A stretch of DNA of 53,408 nucleotides from Oligoflexales bacterium (GTDB lineage: Bacteria; Bdellovibrionota_B; Oligoflexia; Oligoflexales; RGVZ01): the NCBI GenBank assembly GCA_044236265.1, contig JBIIGV010000005.1:1-53408 (forward strand), given 5' to 3'. The translations under genes and the position numbers were made by a program. How positions within the stretch are numbered: the first letter of the stretch is position 1; the number at the start of each line of letters is the position of its first letter. Shown here piece after piece: positions 50,901 through 53,408 of the stretch. Under the pieces are notes generated by a model. That model was given only the letters and a program-made list of their open reading frames with translations. It did not search any database and had not been told where the DNA came from.

Positions 50901-53407
50901 AATTGTCCTCCGGACAATCCATATCCATTGGATATTGTCATCGGTGTCGTAGAGTGATCAATGACATCGACGAGTGAGGTCGCATCAGTGATTCCAGTGA
51001 CAGATGTGAGGTTTGGCTGGTAAACTGGGTCTAGCTTGAATTTGATCGCAAGACCACCAGAGTATGTCGTTGCAGGGTTATATTTCGCATCAAAGACATT
51101 TACATGAACTTTGAACGGGACTGTGGCTTGCTCTTCAAACTTGCTTCCGACCCTATTCTCTGGTTGAACTTCGATAACCTTAGGCACACCGTGACCAGCA
51201 TTCAGATTAAGAGATTTTGTAAAGCTCTGAGGACCTGGGTTGTCATCAAGCTTGAAGTTTAAAGTCAGATTTTCTCCGGCCTTGGCGATTTTGGTCCAAT
51301 CCGTTGATAGCGTTGGGCTGAGTGAAAGCTCCATCAATTGACCCGTGGTCAGCACAATGTTGCGAGTCACTGGTGAGCTGATGGTGTGCACGCCGCCAAC
51401 TTCACCCACCAGGACAGGCGTGATTCCCCCGGGCGAGTTTTGTGGATTAGTTGTCCAGTAAGTCGAAAGCCTGCGATCGACAGGGTAATATGTTTTATCA
51501 CCAGTCACGTTGTCGTATTGGTCGTATAGTTTGATCTCGAAGCCCAACGAGTGATCAGTGGTCAAAGTCTCACCCTGCGGAACCCCCGTCATCACAACAT
51601 CAATGTGATGACCTGCACCGGCAATCGCATCGAAATAAAATTTGTTTTCCTTTGCCCCCAAAGCTGTGTTTTTTAATGTCACATCATGGAGCCCAGACTG
51701 TCTTGACGCACCACTGTAGATCACTGTTGACGGCGACCCAAGTGCACCAGGCGTGCCTATGGCCGCCTGCCCAGCCGGTAGTGTTGTCGTTAAATTAAGA
51801 CCAGCTGTTGCTGCAGGTCCAATCAAGTTGTGTGCTTCGTCATGACTATGCCAGTAAAGGGTCTGCGATCCGCAGATACCGCCAGCGTTTGTAATCGTCG
51901 AGGCACAGGACTGGTCAACCCCAATTTTGACGCGGTGGTTGGTCGCATTATTGTGACTATCGACTAGCTTTGGATCAGCAACGTCGTCTTGGAATGCGGC
52001 GTGCAAGTGATCAACAGCCTTTCTGAATACCTTGAACTTATCGCCATTGTTATGTGTGTGCGCAGTCGCAGCACTACCCATTTGTACATTACCTGCACCC
52101 GTGAATGTCACACCTGCACCACGAGAAACCAGTTTTGAAAACACCACACCGTTAAGCGTCACAGCAGGTAGTTCAACCTGGAGGACACGTTCGGTAAATG
52201 GAGCAACAGCCCCGGCTGCGTAGCTAGACTGGCCAGAGTACAAACAAACATCACCCGGCACTTGGAGTTCACCTTCCACCACCTGGGTAGCCCCAGTCCA
52301 GAAGTCTTTTATCGGTAACGATGTGAAAGATGGATGACTGAAAATAAAGTTACCGCCCGACGATGGGTCAGGATCGACGACGCTAAAGGCGCTATTGTAT
52401 GGACCAGGAACCTCAGATTTGTTCTGGTCTGCATATAGATCACGAGCCGCAGAGGTGCCCTGCTTTAGACCGTAAATAAAATCAATGTCTCCACCTTTGG
52501 TATCAGCAGCACCAACTTTAAAGAGTTTAAACACAGCCTTTGACACTGGGGTCGTATAGGTTGTGATGACGTTGTGCTTTTTGTCGTGAAGAAAGACTTT
52601 AACCTTGCTGCATGATCCGGCCTGAATTGCACTGTTGTTGGGTGTCGCATCCGTTGGACTGGTCATCGCAATCGTCTCAATATGCTCAACATCACCAAAG
52701 TTGATCGTGATAAGTGGCGACGGCCAGGCGATAAAAGTTGGGTTGGCAGTGGACTTAATGACTGCAAATCCGCGTCCGGTTCTGTTTTGCGGGATTAAAA
52801 CGGTTGAATATAAACCAGTGTTCTCGTTGTTTGCGTTTTCGATGACATCTTTATCTGCCGTGCTGGTTGGGTCATAAAATTTCTTTGGCGTTGTCGATCC
52901 AGCGATGAATAATTCACTTTCCGTGAACTGTGGCTCACCGTTAGTGTAGGCCTTCCAATCACCAGTAAGATAATTGAATTGATCTGCATACGTTCCATCA
53001 GTTGTGGCAAATCCTGTAAATGAAAGGCCATCAGCACCATCAGCGTTGCGAAGGAAGTTACCGGCAATATCGGTAACAGCCACCGCAAACGGCATCTCCT
53101 CTGTTGTCTTCATCGACAAGCCAGCAGCAGTCGTCTCAGGCGTCAGGGCTTTCGCGCCGGCGTCTGGCCCACCCTTTTTATCGGCGAAGAAATAGCGGCC
53201 AGCGACACCAACTTGCACTGGGACAAGGTCACTGTATGCGCCACCGGGAGACGGATTAACACCAGCATCCCATGATAAAAGCTGAATCGTAATTGATGTG
53301 TCCGGTGTGTTTGGAAATGTTGCTGCGGGGTAGCTTGCAGCCGAGAACCAGTAAGGACCGCCCGGCAAGGTACATTTACCGTTTTCAAAGGTACATTCTA
53401 AATCACC
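29939..53407 (-). CDS. Giant repetitive surface/secreted protein, at least 7,822 aa (start lies beyond the window)
   Basis: No stop over 23.4 kb. The frame stays open past the called TTG at 53368 to the window edge (GDLECTFENGKCTLPG). T/S/G/A/N-rich, Ig-like D-x-x-G-N strands, Fn3-like and chitobiase-C-terminal-like domain near the C-terminus. Confidence 0.93.
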   Translation of the reverse strand, partial: GDLECTFENGKCTLPGGPYWFSAASYPAATFPNTPDTSITIQLLSWDAGVNPSPGGAYSDLVPVQVGVAGRYFFADKKGGPDAGAKALTPETTAAGLSMKTTEEMPFAVAVTDIAGNFLRNADGADGLSFTGFATTDGTYADQFNYLTGDWKAYTNGEPQFTESELFIAGSTTPKKFYDPTSTADKDVIENANNENTGLYSTVLIPQNRTGRGFAVIKSTANPTFIAWPSPLITINFGDVEHIETIAMTSPTDATPNNSAIQAGSCSKVKVFLHDKKHNVITTYTTPVSKAVFKLFKVGAADTKGGDIDFIYGLKQGTSAARDLYADQNKSEVPGPYNSAFSVVDPDPSSGGNFIFSHPSFTSLPIKDFWTGATQVVEGELQVPGDVCLYSGQSSYAAGAVAPFTERVLQVELPAVTLNGVVFSKLVSRGAGVTFTGAGNVQMGSAATAHTHNNGDKFKVFRKAVDHLHAAFQDDVADPKLVDSHNNATNHRVKIGVDQSCASTITNAGGICGSQTLYWHSHDEAHNLIGPAATAGLNLTTTLPAGQAAIGTPGALGSPSTVIYSGASRQSGLHDVTLKNTALGAKENKFYFDAIAGAGHHIDVVMTGVPQGETLTTDHSLGFEIKLYDQYDNVTGDKTYYPVDRRLSTYWTTNPQNSPGGITPVLVGEVGGVHTISSPVTRNIVLTTGQLMELSLSPTLSTDWTKIAKAGENLTLNFKLDDNPGPQSFTKSLNLNAGHGVPKVIEVQPENRVGSKFEEQATVPFKVHVNVFDAKYNPATTYSGGLAIKFKLDPVYQPNLTSVTGITDATSLVDVIDHSTTPMTISNGYGLSGGQFTVKKVPNAAQNEVHPQILLGDVTAGYTLLNPTRVTIVPGPITQTVLRNAASNGGNILKSIAANDRLGISPSTNYRFYVAGFDAAGNYNADVPSKFWGIAPSFSDATASLTTLNTFAQFLRGNANGPSYYGSIAQCPDPDSATNPTNQPLSNQLFCGVHRSLINFEGVSAEFVSIGDKGPGRLLAIPTTSSIAVALSPIFDFTGMPTHFTLEYKKMTGEALSSPIPAGLQFRIIVHAKDSNNSDAVSYNGIKVLNFSNTPVASWGKIKAVLPNGLKTCTFAAGVCEIPGPAAGVGYKVANFDQKETITVAESTAGGVPGEWSFDIFTQKSDPARIYFASKLGAPADGATVLTPDTVPAGYTITADEEKGFAIAVTDIGGNYLRAATAADFVRIEGYKSDTANIASLFDSIQGQWTGTYTASDLFIADPSTANGAVPTPKKFYNPSDAADLPAIQTTALQDGALYDAVYVPQNRLGSGYAIVKSNSLISWPSPRITVTPGAIEHVETVLYSTTDGTRNNSNVLAGECNKVKVIIHDRKHNILTNYSGLTKVALKLMKPGVADAQAGDFAAITAMQAGNAAAREYYATHNAPELPGPYSPAFDIPNAVASSGGNFIFTHPNFTSLPIKDWWSGDVTVASGEFAVPGSVCLYDGQTAANRGDAAPFAERFLQVDLPANTMGSVNFPALVSRGPGVTFIGKNGATVGSTATAHVLHQDKFTVYKRTSAHHLHATFVDNAVSAVLVDSHNDAAKNPLKIGVTDPCVASIGKCGLQKVYWHTHDIAHNYFGPTSAAGFTASPGTLPGAEFRSVTNGGGSPYSEIYYNTSGAHTAGSHTITASNTATSANPGSLHMKGIPGPGASLRVTRVGGSTPNFTTDEKIGFKLELLDTYGNITGDKEYYPVDRTIAAYWTANPSNSPDGSKPTLLGQVGGDRAGLAKAVSKAVSLDPGVEFDYTLNAANASDATQLAKTNEAVTLNFKLTDSAPVTLCATAGACPSAPAGGPMTVSSSIALTAKHGTPSVVELKPQRINGTIAIEQATVPFNVKVALFDEKYNLADTYNDPLSVKIKLDQVYTPVPPTGLSVTATANSELDHTGTPITIAAGQGTTTQEFTVLKVPNSGASEVHPKIILGNVTAGLTVRNPTTVTIVPGPVTQTVLRDAGSGQGSILKDLGQITINNDVNYRWYLAGYDAAANFKQDVEGKFFGVNQSLDDNDPVGSGFNTAVTTLSGKAPGNYLTTATCPDPNESAALFTTIFCGIHRGLLTSTGTMSQFKSVGNFGPGKIIAIPNSGAKATLSPLMSFEAGVADHFTFEFRDATTDNVYASGIPAGAPFKIRIQARDSTETIAISYSGEKTFNVVSAGPQSWGQLAPTLPSGSMNCTFASGICTLPGSYVVTTVKNLVVTPLVNDATIQVTQTSPTTTIPAASTTVPATGSTAARIYFADKNGGPNSGAKVLTPGTTPGGIALTADDEKAFVVAITDVGGNYIREATSSDNLVYEGLSASSSNLSGLFDAATGDWLTTYTVSDLFVANSSPLAGLLPTAKKFYDPSTEGASIATAAFKVTGAYNTVYVPQNRTGSGFAVVKSGTLKTWPSPLITVTAGAIEHVETVLFDPNNASRNNGNVVAGECNKVRVFVHDKKHNLRTDYTGATQVALKLFKIDAANPTGMDDPYAGDFSYMSTMQSGNDAARDYYKTRNAPEIPGPFNSAFKIVGAAANSGGNFIFTHPAFTGLEIKDWWSGQVAASAGEIVMPGSVCLYSGQTAANQAQSNPSTQRILQVDLPSNAFTAGNFPALTSRGAGIVYKGPGNADRGSVATAHSHGDKFTILRGAKHHLHATFTDNDMMTPDLVANYNDAQKAPVKIGVENVCHTGIGRCGIQTVYWHTHDAAHNYVSPGASNGFNVTSSLPGAQFTQVANTTTTLRSVATKIYDAPSRMSGSHNLAVSNNEVAAGASALYFTGIPGPGKTLDVARIVDPAKPNFTTDDSIGFTVKLRDQYGNITGNKDYYPADRELALYWTKTNESVSPSNSPDGTVPTLMGVAGTNRTTLANATKRVVALTGSNDFDYILSPTMASDYTKIVKSDESVSITFKLTDTSTMPICGLANACASPAGSGVQSVSATLNLTALHGVPAVIEVKPEHAVGTVMVEQATVPFKGLVSLFDDKYNPVNSFSGTIKVKLELDNTYTPAPPVGVTNSITIVKTLDYTSTGMTITNGTGTTPGSFVVSKVPDVTATPAELHPKIMLVSDADGALNMRKPMQLTIVPGPTSQSLLRQEAGGKGTIWKSLTSPQELSNDLQYFFFVAGYDAGGNYTADVPSKFWGVKSSFNDVNAAGSGLTEAITLLRAETSSYSTAQDCPVPDVGPTNQPVGNRLYCGTHRSLQTKAGASTILKSAGISGTGRVLAIPDSNAISTALSPEISFLSGIATRFVIELRESNGITTIPAAVTAGKKFKVFVHAVDDAGVDSRTYSGARSLTFTTAAERSWGYVKASVPNGTFTCTFNEGVCSLPNDYYFTDASTDPTMAVVLPGEGGLSSNNQIFDVVADTVAARIFFASKKGGPAAGAVVETATKRPAGFGEKKATEEIALAVAVTDIAGNYLRNADITTDQLIFEGFSNSSNSLEGIYDQDIGNWAAGYSYAVDDLFVANSSPAAGLLATPKKFYNPADATDASIIETAAFKATPFIYTAVYVPQNRVGQGYAVVRSQNNPAWISWPSPWFQIVPGAVEHVETKVYNASDASVNNSNITAGVCNKVKIFLHDRKHNLVSNYPSSNIVALKLIKANNANPSGVADLKAMDFDFITAMADGTQSRDYYLNHNKPDYPGPYSPSFVIPGAVASDGGGYAYDDGSGSGLPIKDWYSKLMLTSGGVIDVPGQLCLYSGQNTDTFGSGSPQDWRYLQVDLKAISTQPAIASRGAGLTFTGPSGNIISGATPHTHTSDKLIIKRGTIHHLHPAFASSVTTPNLVANFNSVSNRVAMGVSQACPLSICGTQKIYWHTHDEAHNYLRPGNPTGFQVTSSASLQSAEYTVGSASGFGTIDLYSSASSRTAGDHSVTSSNSELTAAGKPGSVYYFTGIPGPGHHMVVTRTGATPITTDTSSGFDIRLEDQYNNLTGNYQYYPVERNLKIYWSSAISTSPDGTEPVTAGQSGGDYLAASPVTRTITLSGTQNLQFSLSNSQSADYTRIAKANEVATLNFLLEDKTAMTFCAASPTNCPNVDGSGRQSFAGTVTMTAKAGSPKVIEAVSENYASVGSEKAAFDFKAVVTLFDAKYNQCNEYNGSQALSLTLGPVFNPQPPTGITALASDVTMVDHVTTPLTFANGVATTTGTFRVRKVPNLQAGESQPKINFVSASNANLVMRTPKTVTIVPGTTTQTILREAAGGFGANWRDKTGSDLALNNDQRYDFFAAGYDAGANYTGEVTAKFWGVRDSYDDNSAATSASSGLTAALTVLGSANPSSYNDGTTCPTPNADSSNQPITANKNEVFCGFNRGLSNKISTSSKLQSVGIAGQGRILAIPFDTVTQQPMANVKAALSPALQFTSGAAVKFGLAFLKASDNSLLTLPITAGLEFKIQLQALDATNTIVPAYVGAKTFDVVSSAAPSWAGLAPTLPNGSVSCTFASGLCTFASTYKLTDVRASASISVEQLTPAGEITGAWAKLVPASLGTEKRIFFADKRGGPTAGALVRTPQSLTAGYTITTDQEIPFAIAIADVAGNYVRDALVSDQIAYDGFISNDRVYSTYFNDQTGEWSATPYPQANLFVANANPADGLLATPKKFYDPATESSSITVAGNRNSTLYTTVFVPQNRTGLGYAVAKSAANSSLIAWPSPYIELRPGQVEHTEVVMYDPTNASRNNANIVAGECNKVRVFLHDRKHNQITQYSTVVKAAMKLIKPDALNPTGMADDKAGDFAFLTSMQQGAQSNSYYANHNKPDVPGPFAPGFSIPNAQASEGGGVNDAILGLQIKDWWYGNVTVASGELVMPGNICLPVGQTASNYNTANPSTDRYLQIELPQIVLAGETFPQLVSRGAGIQFKGPGNTTIGSIATAHNHQDYFTTFRRSAHHLHGVMNDSVLNPNFVFSDQYYYKLEIGTTDKCILPTIAGSSFGGLCGKQTVYWHTHDSEHNYIKPGSTAGFTVSSTTLPAAQLTVGTPGALGSAAINIFNDPTIRLAGSHQIDIANTEIPSSTPLYMYGVPGPGHHLNINRTGDPTLTAMSEFGFSVSLADQYNNLTGDGYYYPVNRTLKVYWSGTPSNAPDGTQPILIGDSGGIHDSEATAISRSIPKPLRWSSVVHIINETNPAEKSRLPRANATATLNFKMIDDASIAWCQTAGNCPTTGVQAISQAVPLTPIVGPSVATKVMSGQAETSLHYLTANYDAIFNYNPTMGFVYPLEPNLGRFITTYACNYDALGNLGNCNGGNNYSVVNASRTGLISTSFKNENYFTWYPVRSGTFQIQSVKDGITGVSDPIKITVSPLTRFKISSSAIPTSGSVAFNAGDEFPVEICMADAAGTTIVDPVIDDKNTVTTSDDVVITNPNAMLSITFSSGVVLPNAEGRAIEFSTGTGADFNTAGKIFGLGPRDIQFASGCANIYAKVKSVGSYLTADALSLSYSDPIQNKSIPGSGLRRFTVAALGLDHYATIGSGLSNSPQPNSTRGWAVLGSTNTLVSAGGNRFNIAVRARDLHGNDIAVTKNLTLSLVASDGATALSRLPACAAPANDTACLATSLNNANSVTVSNLAVDFGGTSFYVYATDGSKSSMPAPVSTLIYAEASRKTVKNYVVNAPNNVVAGQDVIVQVFARDNANATVVGADTDLNNLNFTWIDGAGLAMSAAHLAPDSSAPTLAGPKLSFAAGTALATLRFTKAESNLYLNIKDDQSPILQSANTTNATAVAPGTTLKYSITCNKVSNAADCTGTSGTPASVVASASDKFNLVIQAYDQYRNPKASGQSSSTVEPKYVSGTATNAGFLEQNPVTLLVTNKIFSVDTNQAGGTTMSNMFHRSGNHVIEYEVKGHTHAGYYTQTFHNYSAHKDMVYYYALENFSPTNEAGVADTFNLVAYDYGNNIATGIDTDLNNQSYTWSTHTAAPNGATTTYPNNQNPAAASSLTFSGGRASNLTVTFKKVEFLTFDVRDNYTVAASGNGGTGPLGTRKTISGYSSMVSHGKPNKYSITTATTSPQAGVPFDVTVTARDQFDNIATSWPSDTLTYSWTAGASSSIANPKTSSVLSPPPYATQSRTFSIGAYSTSGTPFVLYRSNLTALSPQEVSTLTVSGSNTNTLSGSALSTTLNFTTQPNASHGYVKVTSTAGYSAGAQLGGTAFTMSVDNSRNLFAHMFDAYGNYKGNTFAVDWSGTGVLYSIIYTIFDPASSNFTQMQPRTAGTGTFTATCTGLTAGCIADTSGTVTTTVGSINKLVYIVPTPANNFSQDTETCQAIQVQSLDRWDNPSPVLANTTITFASSGGNGEFYASQTECTNAQAGGNGATVNTGTFHTTSLAGSAGNRNATMLANASTVQVWYSNRTAVASNAATITAISGSWSVTINATINPGPAKRFAYTSSAPTINAVGSAGSTCATLSYKFQDKWENNSTPTSSSTVYLSKSSAAGTFHTDSGCSSGAITNRSLLAGVANDTFYYKDTQANTSTITLMATSTPSGNAVLAAQTQNVTVNPGSFAIGGASPSSGSKVKDTVSISWSASAGARDYTVSYGTTTACSTTMSTTSATAANITAGLNGTNYICIRANGYTGVSPGSPNTNATTNGSYNLIIDNTLPTATITAPASSVTYIGPLTTTMGSGSSTRFTGTASDATAGVSLVEVRLQQGTQYWNGSSWVSSETWVAATGTTSWYYDISDANMTARGDASAFTITARVTDGSGNLSNNALTAHFKNFTWKFNAPTATLSSLPGVLLSSSYYSKATALGVTVSGSLVLSYRHAIVSGSSCGSPTYGSITAQTTNITNAIGADGQYTLCVIAIDEAENVQATPTSHTWYKDTQAPSVTGLSAATVNATYSTSPTVTDSSAPSGSVVSYSWTATPSNSCTVAFSSTTALNPTISLSNCTNSWGQPTITLTATDTATNSGSQSFVLTWDQEAPSISAVFANKTAGSYSVGQSIPVKVRFTKSASNPNKNTFSLTLSQAANLAYNIQGASRSGSVSAGTFTNTGNGNGVEIEFAYTVLSGDNSAYQAGQTLNISSTSAFTTAGSFKDNIGSGNNANYSGAPTAGASALLSSAVVIDTVNPGLGTASYQSPADDYCINSSERSLATAMLTNVSGNETLNLTNGANYKLITEGTTCGSALSFGTSIPQANSSDFNAGDVNYVICIRFIDLASNVGYALASATSIKLDTNTPLITAGPTLAAAAANGLNATERGLTSGILSSAVTVNDGTATINYTATRVASNNCAAATGYSGSIPAMNTGIINADATDWRICVKVFDAAGNTSYGATTTFVVDTGAPSILSGFQWTGDTTGLNGAADGYLNITENAAGTTLLSAITPSETSTILYKMVQSWVVCSGESYSSSAVPTRADMTVDNTYKVCARMTDNYGNVSYQNTTNLTRDTSPPTGAFVSGLPAAQSNFNSSLNIAVSGSDTSKYDYQVVSGTAASCSSIGNTRDYTTNITDNIAGLAQGNITVCMKARDVANNLQTTTTSYTWVKDTIVPADVSYSSPTGTINSATPTVQWSAPAGDVSKIHMFVSTTSSTCTNGIVQSYESSNSTQLAGNSTSKTLASIVEGTYYVCIFTLDLAGNQSSGAYGSFVYDIPQVAAPVISPGTGTYTTTQVVSMSSSTSGATIYYTTNGTQPTCSGTAYSVPFRIFATTTFKAIACAAGYIDSEVTTVTPTLNIRGVTLTTVPNSQTTITVSNVAAGTNVPVEVFVQANGSEKIHNYHVANPFFGICNWNGSSCFSWQFLTGNANLTCNGTTSTPNYNNCVQTGSPTLSNGASRVFRYGSQLDTSASFYGYLALYRNSPGSNSTIKVYIGSASGSATVSVDSWNDYNDTNTNQTLSID
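37880..53395 (-). repeat. Tandem intragenic super-repeats of about 3.3 kb (about 1,100 aa)
   Basis: Anchor motif CTF..G.C begins at 53395, 50071, 46777, 43426 and 40078, giving spacings of 3324, 3294, 3351 and 3348 nt. A fifth copy is partial, to about 37880. Protein motifs are conserved while codons have diverged. Confidence 0.93.
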
Positions 53408-53408
53408 A

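Noticed and set aside
53366..53368. TTG at 53368 as the start of the giant ORF
   Set aside because: The frame stays open to the window end and encodes the conserved CTF..G.C repeat motif, so the true start is outside the window.
30235..53388. Numerous 60-150 aa ORFs overlapping the giant gene, and similar short ORFs overlapping other genes
   Set aside because: These are shadow or antisense frames of well-supported genes, with no recognisable motifs.
29939..53407. Giant ORF as an RTX toxin, NRPS/PKS, Rhs/YD protein or autotransporter
   Set aside because: I saw no GGxGxD nonapeptide arrays, A/C/KS domain motifs, YD repeats or C-terminal beta-barrel.

Overview
A 53.4 kb bacterial chromosomal window of roughly 50% GC (by eye). 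The gene content and protein style suggest Bdellovibrionota/Oligoflexia; this is inference, since no marker gene is present. The left 29 kb holds mixed housekeeping and accessory genes: the 3' end of hrpB, a Cys/Met PLP lyase, three small outer-membrane-like proteins with a matrixin protease, one canonical and one degenerate class III nucleotide cyclase, and a sigma54-preceded small Cys-rich secreted protein. It continues with LysR plus an MDR oxidoreductase and a YecM-DUF4269 fusion, a HelD-like helicase, secreted hydrolases, phoR-phoB divergent from pstSCAB (no phoU), and an O-methyltransferase. The right 23.5 kb is one giant minus-strand ORF that runs off the window edge (at least 7,822 aa). 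It is built of about 1,100-aa tandem super-repeats (four complete, one partial, probably more upstream) followed by Ig/Fn3-like modules. Directly downstream are an FKBP PPIase, an orphan OppA-like protein, a lipoprotein and a lethal-factor-like protein lacking HExxH. Intergenic regions also carry a family of long perfect palindromes that share terminal motifs but differ internally (REP/REPIN-like). I saw no rRNA, tRNA, CRISPR array or transposase. All domain calls come from reading motifs, not from database searches.
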